Shown here one piece after another: positions 47,580-57,073 of a DNA stretch of 64,000 nt. Each line of letters starts with the position of its first letter. Within the stretch, counting starts at the first letter, position 1. The DNA is taken from assembly GCA_964012805.1 (NCBI GenBank), contig CAXGUD010000018.1, positions 1 through 64,000 on the forward strand, read 5' to 3'. The notes beneath the pieces are model-generated. The model did no database searches. It worked only from the letters and a program-made list of their open reading frames with translations, and was not told the origin of the DNA. A program made the position numbers and the translations under genes. Origin of the DNA: an uncultured Bacteriovoracaceae bacterium. Lineage in GTDB: Bacteria > Bdellovibrionota > Bacteriovoracia > Bacteriovoracales > Bacteriovoracaceae.

Positions 47580-49259
47580 TTATTGACAACTGTCAGGCCC
47601 CTCCCACTTATCAGATCTTTTGAAAACATTAGTGAATAATTGATTATCCCAGCTTTTGGTCACTTTTTTATTATCGACTAAAAGGTTAATTTCTCTTGAA
47701 TGATTCCATGATTGGGTGTCCATGTTAGCAGTTCCTACGATGGCCAACTGGTCATCAACCGTGGCATACTTTGCATGCATTGCATCTGGTCTACCTTTTC
47801 CTTCATCATCCACAACTGAACTACTATCATCTACACGAACTCCATCGGGCCTGGTGTACCATCTCAGATGAAGATACTTTTCTACTTTCTGTTTATTATT
47901 AGTTAATTTAAGTGCCTTTTTATAAAGTCTGCAATAACCTTTTCTATTATCTCCACCTTGTCCGGGGTAGTTCTCAGTGCTGCGGTTGAAACCAAAAGTT
48001 GTAACAAGTTTCACATGAACACCTCTTTTGATAGCATTCGCTAAAGATTTAATAGCATCGTCATCATTAAAGTTAGGGCTTAAAATATGAATATGACTTT
48101 TGGCCCCTCCAAAGGAAACCAAGTATGCTTGGTCTTGTGTATTATCAATATTATATCCTTGCTTTATATTTTTGTGGTTTTTTACCCACCGATTCATCCA
48201 AATTTTAAACCCTTTGAAAACTTCAGGAAATCCATTTCCTACTCTCGTCGTTACAGCTATCCTCACATTTTTTAGGGCATCACCACGGTTTTCTTCAAAA
48301 AATTTCATGACTGGAAAGGTTTTAAATTTTGGTTTTGGGGGAAGTCCAAGAGATCTTGATACGGAGTTAAATGAACTCTTATTATTTTCAATCCAGTTTG
48401 CATCTAAATTTGTCCATGCTCTACAAATAAACGTTCTTCCCCAGTTACATCCAAGTTTTTTTCTAAATTTTTTTAACTCTTTTATATCATCTTTAAATTG
48501 GTTGTCATATGAAATAGCTTGAACCCATGCACTTACAAAGTCTTCTCTCATTGCCTTAGCGGCAGTTCCTGCAACTGTAAAACCAAGATCATACCAGGCA
48601 TGAGGTTCATTTAAGTAATTTTGTGGGTTTGTTCCCATAATCATACCTATTTGATTATCAACGACGAGGGTTTTACCGTGAAGACTTCCAATGTAGGCAT
48701 GTTCATACTTTTGTACGTTTATATTTATATTAGGTAATTTCTTTGAAAAGTTTAAAATATACTTTTTTGCCAATTGATAATTTTCGGAAAGGGAAACTGC
48801 TGTAGGAATTGGTCCTAGGTTTTCTGCTTTTAACTTCTTTACGACTTTTCTTAACTTTCCGTGTGCCCTTTGAAGGATTGTTGAGTCGATTAAAACAAAT
48901 ACTTTTGGCTTTACTTTACTTTTTTGGTGACGTTTGTTGAGCTCTATAAGTCCTTTAAATATTTTTTGAGCCGCTTGGGATTGGCTCTCCCACCAAAAAG
49001 TTTGTATTAAGATTTCATGATTAGCTTTAGAAATTAAAGTTTGGAAGCGATCAAATACTTCTTGAGACGCATGACCGTTAAGGTCTATTATATTGTTACT
49101 GGAAAAGTAACTTTCTTCTGATACTGTACCTTGGCCTATAAAGGGTTTTGTTTTCTTTAATACTTTGTTTAAAAGTTCACTTGCATTTCCTCTTACAGTA
49201 TAAAACACCAACCAAACCACGATGAAAAATATATAGGTGATAAATTTTTTGTATTTCAT
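47580..49259 (-). CDS. Secreted phospholipase D family protein
   Basis: Two HKD motifs (HGKTLVVD..GTN; HAKYATVD..GTAN); signal peptide from the ATG at 49259 with GGGAGG SD. Confidence 0.9.
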   Translation of the reverse strand: MKYKKFITYIFFIVVWLVFYTVRGNASELLNKVLKKTKPFIGQGTVSEESYFSSNNIIDLNGHASQEVFDRFQTLISKANHEILIQTFWWESQSQAAQKIFKGLIELNKRHQKSKVKPKVFVLIDSTILQRAHGKLRKVVKKLKAENLGPIPTAVSLSENYQLAKKYILNFSKKLPNININVQKYEHAYIGSLHGKTLVVDNQIGMIMGTNPQNYLNEPHAWYDLGFTVAGTAAKAMREDFVSAWVQAISYDNQFKDDIKELKKFRKKLGCNWGRTFICRAWTNLDANWIENNKSSFNSVSRSLGLPPKPKFKTFPVMKFFEENRGDALKNVRIAVTTRVGNGFPEVFKGFKIWMNRWVKNHKNIKQGYNIDNTQDQAYLVSFGGAKSHIHILSPNFNDDDAIKSLANAIKRGVHVKLVTTFGFNRSTENYPGQGGDNRKGYCRLYKKALKLTNNKQKVEKYLHLRWYTRPDGVRVDDSSSVVDDEGKGRPDAMHAKYATVDDQLAIVGTANMDTQSWNHSREINLLVDNKKVTKSWDNQLFTNVFKRSDKWEGPDSCQ

Positions 49260-49293
49260 CAATGGCCTCCCAAAGCTAGAAAAATCAAAAGCC

Positions 49294-49320
49294 TTTTCGG
49301 TTTTTCTAAAAAATAAGTTA
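49294..49320 (-). promoter_or_regulatory. Putative sigma28-type promoter of the PLD gene
   Basis: TAAC-N15-ACCGAAAA. Confidence 0.4.
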
Positions 49321-49427
49321 CAAAAAAAGAAATATTTTCTGAAACAGAAAAGAGGAAAAAAATTCTCCATAAAAGAAAAGAATGATTATCCATTTTTCTA
49401 GATAGATTAAAGCCGAAAGAGTTAATT

Positions 49428-52400
49428 ATGAAAGATATATTTAAGAAAAAGAAATTTAGGATAATTTTATTAATCTATTTGATCTTTTTTCCAAATTTTT
49501 TCGTCTACGCTCTTCCTAGTAGTAAGAATGAATCAATTGATAATAAAAAAAATGATGGACCTTTAATTATTGGCGGGAAGGTAGATAAAAACAAGTGCTT
49601 TAATTATTTAGGAGAAGCAGAGACTGAAATAGGAAGTTTTAAAAAAATAACTAATTTTTTGGGCTGTAATTCTATTTCTAAACCTCTCAGCTTTTGCAAA
49701 TGCCTTAAAACTTTGGGTGGCGATGCCCCAAATATAGTAAGAGATATACCAAAAGAAATAATAGAAACTCTTACTAGTAAAAAAATTAAAGATTTGGATG
49801 AAATAAAAAAAACAAAAGAAAGTTTTGTATCTACCTTTGATGGAGTTGAAAAGAAAAAGATATCTTTTCAATTCGATCAAATCTATTGTGAAGCTCTTAA
49901 AAATTATGAAGATCAAAGAAATAAAAACGATCTTCTGGCCAAAGAAATTATAAAAGATATTGATGAAATAGAAAAAAAATTAATTGGCCTTGAATCGAAA
50001 ATTGAACAATCTTATGGAAAAATAGAAGAAAAAAGAAAAGATTTAAAAAAGTTTAAAAAGCAATTAAAATTAAAAAAAATTTCTAAAGACCAGTATTTGG
50101 AAAAGGAAAAAGAATTCATTACTTTTAAGAAAGAAATGGAAGAAAAAATAAGGTTAATAAAAAAAGAAAAAGAGGAAAAGAAATTTTCAGAAAAACTAAT
50201 ATTTAGCTTTCATATGCTTAAAATTACAGATCCTATAAGTTTAGATCTTATAAAAAATAAAATTGAAAAAGAGTTAAAAGATGAGAGCGTACCAATTACA
50301 AAAAAACATGCTCTTTATGAACTGATTTATTACCTTGGCAAAAAGGGAGATGACGAATCAGTAAAATATCTTGGTGATTTAATTTCAAAAATAGATCCGG
50401 ATCATCCAATTTACAACTCAGTTGTTAAGGCCCTTGGTTTTTCAAGAAATCCGAAAGGATTTGAAAGGCTTTATGAAAAATTAAAAAAAGATAGTAAAAT
50501 AAGGTCTTACCAAAAGAATTTTTATTTTTACAAGTCTTTGGGTCTTATGATGGAAAACAACCCGAAATTAATTGAAAATAAAATTAATGATTTTAAAAAT
50601 CTTAAGCCAAATGATAAAAAAGACCTTCTTCTTATTCTAGCAAATGTTAAGAATGATAAGGTCTATGATTTTCTTAAAACAGCAAATAAAAAGGATGAGA
50701 GAGGTATTGTTTATGAATCATTAAAGGATATTTTGTCGGATATAAAGACTAAAGAAGAAAGGGAAAGAGTAAAAAATGTTTTAGAAGATCAAATTCAAAT
50801 AGGTTTATTAAGAAACACAAAGGTAAATTTGGATAATTTTTTGTATGAAAAAATAATAAACTCCAACCTTGAGTCAATGAAATCTGACTATTCAAAAATC
50901 CAATTCTCAGAGCGTTTACTAAATTTAGAGAGATACGACTTGGTTGTGAAAATTATAGGTAAGAACCAAGATAAACTGCTAGAGAATGAGAGCTATATAA
51001 ACGGTCTTTTTAAGGGGTTAATCCGGAAAGTAAGCTCGGATAGTAAAAATTTAAAAATGGATGACCTTAGAAAGACGAGCGAAGCACTGAGAGAACTTGG
51101 TAAAAGTGAAAACCCTAAAGTTAAATCTATGGCGAAGGAAGCTCTTCTTAAGATTGGCGATCCAAATGAAATAAAAAGAGTTTTAAATGAGTCCAAGAGT
51201 GATAATAAAAGAGAAAAATCTTTGTCTGAATTACAAAATGTAAGAGCAAAAGACCGCTTTACCCAGCAAAATGTGATAAAGCATTATGAAAAGGCCGTCA
51301 AAGAATTAACTAAACCTAAAAAAAATGAAACGGTTTCAGAGAAAAAAGAAAGAGAAAAAAAATTAAAAGACTTTAAAAATTCTAATTTCGGGAAATTAAT
51401 TGAATTTCAAAAAGAGTCCATTAAAAAATCGAAGGAAACTGACGTTGGAAAAAAATTAGCTTCTATGGATTATGGAAGGATTAGAGGCAGTAATGATTAC
51501 CAAAACTTTTTTGGTCGGCCTAGAAGTTTAACTAAGCCAATTTTGGGAAAAACAAAGTTAACCCCACCTTCCGACGAATTAGACTTCCAAGAAAAAAAGA
51601 TTGGGAAAATGCCGTCTATCAATCCCTTCTCGTCTTTAATCAAAAGTAAAAAGATTAACCAAGCGGAAAAAATTTCAGAGAAAGATAAGGCCTTAGCTGA
51701 AAAGTATATGAAAAAAGTATTTAATCATGAAATACAAAAGGCACCAAAAAACCTATTGCTTCCAGAAAAAAGCCTAAAACCAATAAGTTCTTTTAAAAGC
51801 AAAAATAGCTTAAAGAGGGAGCTAAGAAAATTAGAGAGTGATATAAACTATAAAGAAAATATGTTGGCCCGATCGTTTGGTAGTTCTCAAGGGGATGAAT
51901 TTTGGAAAAATAACAATTTGAGGAGTCGTTTAAATGATTCGAGAAAAGAAGCCTTCAGAAATTTAAAAGAAGAATTAGAGACAAAGAAAAACTTTATCGA
52001 ATTACCTAAAAAGAACAATAAGAAAAGTATTTCAAGAACCAAATCCCCTTTTGTAGACGATAATCCAACTTCTTTCACGGCACCGAAAGAGGTTATCGAA
52101 AAACCAACATTAAAAAATTTGAAAGTTGATGGCGCTGAACCGATTACTGGAAATAATTTTAATCAAAAAGACTATAATTACTCTAAAGTTCAAAGCGCTT
52201 CTGAATTATTGGACGACTTAGTCAATGATAAACCACTGTATTTTACTTCTAAAATGGAAAAGGAAGATGATTTCCTCAAGGAGGAGGAATTTAAAATCCT
52301 TCTAATTAGTAAAGAAAATAAAAATAGTAAAATGATTAAAGAAGAGGTTATAGCTGTAGAAGAAGAGTTTTTATCCCTGGAAGAAACAGAAAGAGAAAAG

Positions 52401-52631
52401 AGGCTTATAAAGTTATTTGAAAGAACTGATGCTGTGAACCTGGTATTAAGAACCCCTAAGGGTATTTTAATAAGAGTTGAGCGTAAAGTTAAGTTACTAA
52501 AAAAACCATCTGTCGTAAAGGCTCATGAAGAAAGAATCATAATTGAAGATAAATTAAGTGAAAAAGAAAAAAGGGTAGATGACCTTTATAAAAAGTTAAA
52601 AAGTTTCCTTAAAAAAAGCAAAACAAGATAA
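49428..52631 (+). CDS. Large exported coiled-coil / HEAT-repeat-like protein
   Basis: Signal peptide, Cys cluster, K/E-rich coiled coil, repeats like VVKALG and AKEALLKIGD. Confidence 0.65.
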   Translation: MKDIFKKKKFRIILLIYLIFFPNFFVYALPSSKNESIDNKKNDGPLIIGGKVDKNKCFNYLGEAETEIGSFKKITNFLGCNSISKPLSFCKCLKTLGGDAPNIVRDIPKEIIETLTSKKIKDLDEIKKTKESFVSTFDGVEKKKISFQFDQIYCEALKNYEDQRNKNDLLAKEIIKDIDEIEKKLIGLESKIEQSYGKIEEKRKDLKKFKKQLKLKKISKDQYLEKEKEFITFKKEMEEKIRLIKKEKEEKKFSEKLIFSFHMLKITDPISLDLIKNKIEKELKDESVPITKKHALYELIYYLGKKGDDESVKYLGDLISKIDPDHPIYNSVVKALGFSRNPKGFERLYEKLKKDSKIRSYQKNFYFYKSLGLMMENNPKLIENKINDFKNLKPNDKKDLLLILANVKNDKVYDFLKTANKKDERGIVYESLKDILSDIKTKEERERVKNVLEDQIQIGLLRNTKVNLDNFLYEKIINSNLESMKSDYSKIQFSERLLNLERYDLVVKIIGKNQDKLLENESYINGLFKGLIRKVSSDSKNLKMDDLRKTSEALRELGKSENPKVKSMAKEALLKIGDPNEIKRVLNESKSDNKREKSLSELQNVRAKDRFTQQNVIKHYEKAVKELTKPKKNETVSEKKEREKKLKDFKNSNFGKLIEFQKESIKKSKETDVGKKLASMDYGRIRGSNDYQNFFGRPRSLTKPILGKTKLTPPSDELDFQEKKIGKMPSINPFSSLIKSKKINQAEKISEKDKALAEKYMKKVFNHEIQKAPKNLLLPEKSLKPISSFKSKNSLKRELRKLESDINYKENMLARSFGSSQGDEFWKNNNLRSRLNDSRKEAFRNLKEELETKKNFIELPKKNNKKSISRTKSPFVDDNPTSFTAPKEVIEKPTLKNLKVDGAEPITGNNFNQKDYNYSKVQSASELLDDLVNDKPLYFTSKMEKEDDFLKEEEFKILLISKENKNSKMIKEEVIAVEEEFLSLEETEREKRLIKLFERTDAVNLVLRTPKGILIRVERKVKLLKKPSVVKAHEERIIIEDKLSEKEKRVDDLYKKLKSFLKKSKTR

Positions 52632-52657
52632 GAAGGTAATAGAATAGGAAAAAAATA

Positions 52658-53764
52658 GTGCGTCTTTTATTAATTACTTACATTATCACTTTTTCTTGTT
52701 TTGATGTTTTTTCATCGGAATGGATTTGTGATAAGCAAAAATCTTATGCAGAAGGGAGTGAATTCTACTCTTGTGGCTCTGGAATCGCCAAGAATGAAGA
52801 GAAGGCTTGCAAAAAGGCCCTGCAGTCTGCCCATGAAGAATTTATGTATATTTGTGAAAATTCTTATCATTGCAAAGGTAAAGAGAAAATCGTCAAGCCA
52901 GGGAAAATTAAAGTAACTAAAAAAAATGGAGTTTATCGCTGTCTCAGAGAGTTTAAATATAAAATTTTAGATATCAAAAAAGAAGGTATAACTTATAACA
53001 AAAAAAACAGACTTCCATCCTCAGAAGATAGAAAAGTGACAGAAGAGGAACTTCAAAAAAAGATAAAAGAACTAAAATCTTTGAAGAAAAAACTTTATGA
53101 AATAAAAAAACTAGAGGCATTGGAAAAAGAAATTCGCGCTAAAAAGCAAGAATTAAGGAGGGTACAAAATAAAAAGAATCATAAACCTACAGTTTATAAA
53201 AAGCCTTCTAATTTTATGGAAAAGTTGAAGGATTGGTCCCTTTTAGAGTACAGGCAGGTGGCTGGTTGGTTGTTTGGTTTTGGTTTTGCTAAGGATCCTT
53301 ACTATAACAATTCCTTTTTATCTTTTGAGTTAGGTTACAGAAAGTTTTTGTTTGGTAACCTTTCCCTTAATTTCTTTGTTGGTTTGGGAGGAGGAATTAT
53401 TTATTCTGCAAAAGGTGAATCTTATGATACCGACATTTGCTATAGTTATTGTTCAAAAGAACCAAAAGAAAACCCTCAAATGACTGGGAGTATGGCGGAT
53501 TACTTTTTATCGATACCAATAAGGTACAGGCGTGTTGAGTTTACTATAGAAAAAGGATTTGTTGATCTTGATTTTGATATTAAAACTTTTACAAAACAGG
53601 GCTATTATTGGCAGGGTACAGATTCATATCTTGTTGAACACCATGATTATAGTGGGTTTGGAGTTCGTTTTTTCTTTGGGCGAGGAATGTGGAGTGTTGC
53701 TTACCGAGAAAGAGTATTTAAAAATAAAAAAATCTGGGGTATTGTGGGAAGTCTAGGCTTTTAA
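52658..53764 (+). CDS. Hypothetical exported protein: Cys-rich domain, coiled coil, probable beta-barrel
   Basis: Signal peptide; six Cys in the N-domain; K/E helix; Gly/aromatic strands ending in SLGF. Confidence 0.6.
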   Translation: MRLLLITYIITFSCFDVFSSEWICDKQKSYAEGSEFYSCGSGIAKNEEKACKKALQSAHEEFMYICENSYHCKGKEKIVKPGKIKVTKKNGVYRCLREFKYKILDIKKEGITYNKKNRLPSSEDRKVTEEELQKKIKELKSLKKKLYEIKKLEALEKEIRAKKQELRRVQNKKNHKPTVYKKPSNFMEKLKDWSLLEYRQVAGWLFGFGFAKDPYYNNSFLSFELGYRKFLFGNLSLNFFVGLGGGIIYSAKGESYDTDICYSYCSKEPKENPQMTGSMADYFLSIPIRYRRVEFTIEKGFVDLDFDIKTFTKQGYYWQGTDSYLVEHHDYSGFGVRFFFGRGMWSVAYRERVFKNKKIWGIVGSLGF

Positions 53765-54254
53765 TATAGTAATTTGATTCTCTCCCAATTTTCCTATACC
53801 TCTCAACAAAAAATTGAATGACATCCCAGTTCTCTAAAAAAATAAATGTTAAATCAAGAAGATTTTTCCCAAGACCTTTAATAGATATAAATAAACTTTT
53901 ATGAGTATCAAGGGTTATTTCAATAAGTCCCATTTTTTTTGCGATCAACAATATTATTAATTATGAATAAGCTTTATTTTTAGGTTTTAATTTACAACTC
54001 TTTGAAGGTCTAGCTTATTCCAAGTTTTTTAAATAGAGGCGTAAGGTTTTTTATCAATAACTTTAATTGAGTTTGGCCAAAGAAAAATGTAAAAAAATTG
54101 AGGTTAGAAGCTCAAACTACTGTTAAAACGAGGTTTAAATCAAAAAAAATATAAAGGTATCCTATATAAGTTCTTATAATCACATTTGAGTTAGAAAAAG
54201 ACTGGAAAATTACGAGATTAAGTCAATAAAAAAGTAAAATAGAACTAGAAAAGA

Positions 54255-55325
54255 GTGATAACTTTAAACTGGACAGGGCCTAAAAGTTTTTGCCCGGCAC
54301 GGTTTTTAAAAGGCTTTAAAATCAGGGAGGCCGTTATTTTTAAGGTAGATAATTATAACAAAGATACCTTAGGAGTGAACGAACATTTTATTTATAAAAT
54401 GTCTCGTCTTGGCGTTATGATTTCGGTCTTAAGTCCCATTTGTCTTTTTTGGGCAGGGTTTAGATGGGAATGGTTAGTCGCTTGTCTCATCGTTCACCGT
54501 TTTCTTTTATGGGGGCATAGTATGTGTTTACACACTTACTTTTCCCATGGAGCTTTTAAGGCGAAAAGGTGGTTTCAGTTTTTTATGGGTTGCGTGGGAA
54601 CAATGGCCCATCTTGGATCTCTAAACGCCTATGCTGGGATTCATGTTAATGTTCATCATCCAAATGCGGACAAAGATGGTGATGCTCATTCACCTATACA
54701 TGGTTTCTGGCACGCTTTCATTGCTTGGCGGTACAAAGAACACTTCACGAATCCCAAAGGTGTTAAACCGGTGAGAGTCAAATCAGTTTATAACTGGGTA
54801 GACCCTCGCTTTAAAAACTATCCTGAAATTAGGTTTTTGTGGAGGTATGGCTTTCAAATGCAAAACCTTTCCTTCCCGCTCGCTTATCTGTTAGGGATGG
54901 TTCTTGAATATTACTTTCCAGCTCATATTACGGCCATGGCCTTTTTTGTTTATATAAAGTGTCTACCTTGCCTCGCTGTCCAACTAGGTCTTCTCTCTAT
55001 TAATGTAATGGGACATAGCCATTGGTTTGGATATAAGAGCTTTAACTCTGATGATAACTCGAGAAACTCATTTATAGCTTTTCTTATCTGGGGAAGTACA
55101 TGCTTTCATAATAACCACCATATGTTTCCAAAAAGTGCGAGAACAGGACTATCATTTTGGGAAACGTGCTTTGATTTTGATTACCTTGGGCTTAAGGTTC
55201 TTGAAAAGTTTGGTGTTGTTTGGGGTATTATTGAGCCCTCAAAAGAAAGAATTGAAAAAGAAAGAGAGGCGTATAGAGTGACTGAAAATAAAGAGCTTTT
55301 TATCGACCTTGATAGTGCTGCGTAG
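54255..55325 (+). CDS. Membrane fatty-acid (acyl-CoA) desaturase
   Basis: His boxes HTYFSH, HVNVHH and HNNHH, plus D.HSP; true start uncertain (see ATT finding). Confidence 0.9.
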   Translation: MITLNWTGPKSFCPARFLKGFKIREAVIFKVDNYNKDTLGVNEHFIYKMSRLGVMISVLSPICLFWAGFRWEWLVACLIVHRFLLWGHSMCLHTYFSHGAFKAKRWFQFFMGCVGTMAHLGSLNAYAGIHVNVHHPNADKDGDAHSPIHGFWHAFIAWRYKEHFTNPKGVKPVRVKSVYNWVDPRFKNYPEIRFLWRYGFQMQNLSFPLAYLLGMVLEYYFPAHITAMAFFVYIKCLPCLAVQLGLLSINVMGHSHWFGYKSFNSDDNSRNSFIAFLIWGSTCFHNNHHMFPKSARTGLSFWETCFDFDYLGLKVLEKFGVVWGIIEPSKERIEKEREAYRVTENKELFIDLDSAA

Positions 55326-55382
55326 ACTTAATTGCCCAAAATCCTCACTAATCTTTTTTTTACCTCTTAAAAATCCTTAACC

Positions 55383-56213
55383 TTAACCTTCGTCTACATA
55401 ATTTTCCATGTTTCGAAGTCTCTTTAAGAGGATAAAAAGAAGAAAAGAAAACGTCAGTCCGAAGTGAACGAGTTCCAAAGAAAGGTTTTTGGTGAGCTCA
55501 TGATTCCCAAAAAGCTCTTTTGAAAGAGTGTTAAAGGTCCCAATATGGGGGAAAAAAGTGTGAAGGAAGGCATAAATTCCTTGGCCTAGGTTTTTAATTT
55601 GAGTGAGTCCTTCAAAATATTTTCCCGCAAAGATTTCGTTTGAAAAAGAAACAAAGCTAGAAAAGAGGAGGGTGATTAAAAGGGCCCAAACTCTTGAAAA
55701 GAAAAGCGAAAAGAGCGCCCCAAGTGTAATGACGGCAAGGATTGGAATGGAGCTCATGATAAGAGAAGAAAAAAGAGGCCAGGCAAAATCAAACCCCTCT
55801 TTCCCTTTATAACCAAAAACTAAAAAGGCCAAAAGGAGGGAGAGAATATAATAACCCATCACGATAAGCCAAGTACCAACAAGCCTAGAGGTTATATAAT
55901 TGATCCTTGAAAGAGGGAGGGAAAGGATTTCTTCAAGGACTCCTTCCTGAACGTCGCTTCTAATGCAGCTGACGCCTAAAAGGGCCCCCATTATAAAATT
56001 CCAAGAAGAAATAATATAATAAAAGAGATCGAGCTTAAAATTAAAAAGAGAAAACGTTTGTCCCTGAAAAAGCTTATCTTTAATAAAGTCAAAAAAAGTT
56101 TGGTCCATCCAAAGAATGAAGAGGGTAAATAGGAAGAGAAAAATAAGAGTTTTATTTCTGTATTCCTTTTGAACCGTGTTTTGGACAAGGAGAAAAAAGG
56201 TCCGACCCCTCAT
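55383..56213 (-). CDS. ABC-2-type permease
   Basis: About six TM helices; D...G.L..ILS.PLSR; coupled to the ATPase gene. Confidence 0.8.
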   Translation of the reverse strand: MRGRTFFLLVQNTVQKEYRNKTLIFLFLFTLFILWMDQTFFDFIKDKLFQGQTFSLFNFKLDLFYYIISSWNFIMGALLGVSCIRSDVQEGVLEEILSLPLSRINYITSRLVGTWLIVMGYYILSLLLAFLVFGYKGKEGFDFAWPLFSSLIMSSIPILAVITLGALFSLFFSRVWALLITLLFSSFVSFSNEIFAGKYFEGLTQIKNLGQGIYAFLHTFFPHIGTFNTLSKELFGNHELTKNLSLELVHFGLTFSFLLFILLKRLRNMENYVDEG

Positions 56214-56947
56214 AGGTGAGCTTCCTTGTTTGAATTAATGGTTTGGATGAAGAAATCCTCTAAGTCCTGGTCTATTTCCTGAATCTTCTTTAAGGCCAGA
56301 AGTTTCCCTTTGTCGATAATGGCAAGGGAATCACAAAGGCGCTCCACTTCACTTAGGATATGGGAGTTAATGATAATCGTCGTCCCTTCACTATTAAGTT
56401 TTTTCAAAAGATCTTTTAAATCTTTAATGAGAAGGGGGTCAAGGCCCCCAAAGGGTTCATCGAGGATCAGGACTTTAGGGTTTCCTAAAATTAATTGGGA
56501 AAGCCCCACTCTTTGGAGCTGTCCTTTAGACAATTGCTTTATCTTTTTTCTGGCAAGATCACGAATAGAGAGTTCTTCCATGGCCTTTTCAATCCCAGGC
56601 GTTCTTTCTTTTTTATTTGAAATTTTAAAAACGCTAAAAAACTGAAGAGCTTCTCTGACCGTTGCGTTCGGGTAAAAGGAGAATTTTTCAGGAAGGTAGG
56701 ATATGTGATTCCTCGCTTCAGGTTTATGGTGAGGGATACCGTTGATGGTAATATGACCTTTATCTAAATCCGTTAAGTCAAGTATACTCCTGACAAAAGT
56801 CGTTTTTCCGGCCCCGTTAGGGCCTAAAAGCCCAAAAAAAGACCCCTTTTCAAGAGAAAGAGAGAAGTTAGATAACGCCTTGAACTCCCCAAATGTCTTG
56901 GTAAGGTTTGTTGCTTTTATGATGGTTGAATCCGTACTTTTTTCCAT
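56210..56947 (-). CDS. ABC transporter ATP-binding protein
   Basis: GPNGAGKTT, LSKGQ, LILDEP, SH. Confidence 0.95.
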   Translation of the reverse strand: MEKSTDSTIIKATNLTKTFGEFKALSNFSLSLEKGSFFGLLGPNGAGKTTFVRSILDLTDLDKGHITINGIPHHKPEARNHISYLPEKFSFYPNATVREALQFFSVFKISNKKERTPGIEKAMEELSIRDLARKKIKQLSKGQLQRVGLSQLILGNPKVLILDEPFGGLDPLLIKDLKDLLKKLNSEGTTIIINSHILSEVERLCDSLAIIDKGKLLALKKIQEIDQDLEDFFIQTINSNKEAHL

Positions 56948-57022
56948 GAGGAATCTTACAATAGAAGACTTCTTTTTGGCCTCAAAAAAAACCTAAAATT
57001 TTCTTAATATTACTTCCGTTTA

Positions 57023-57049
57023 TAATAAAACCGCCCTTATTTCCGAAAA
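57023..57049 (+). promoter_or_regulatory. Putative sigma28-type promoter of the hybrid kinase gene
   Basis: TAAT-N15-TCCGAAAA. Confidence 0.45.
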
Positions 57050-57073
57050 GAAAAGGGATAAAAGGAGGCTTTT

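Noticed and set aside
44433..49259. Patatin and PLD as CBASS or other anti-phage effectors
   Set aside because: No CD-NTase or other defence gene nearby; the PLD has a signal peptide and the two genes are not in one operon
49393..49419. GCCGAAAG as a sigma28 -10 for the 1067-aa gene
   Set aside because: No acceptable upstream element at 15-16 nt spacing
53718..53951. ORF with AKKMGLIEITLDTH, reminiscent of a GNAT C-terminal motif
   Set aside because: Only one short motif; upstream frames show no acetyl-CoA binding motif; it may be a remnant but I cannot support it
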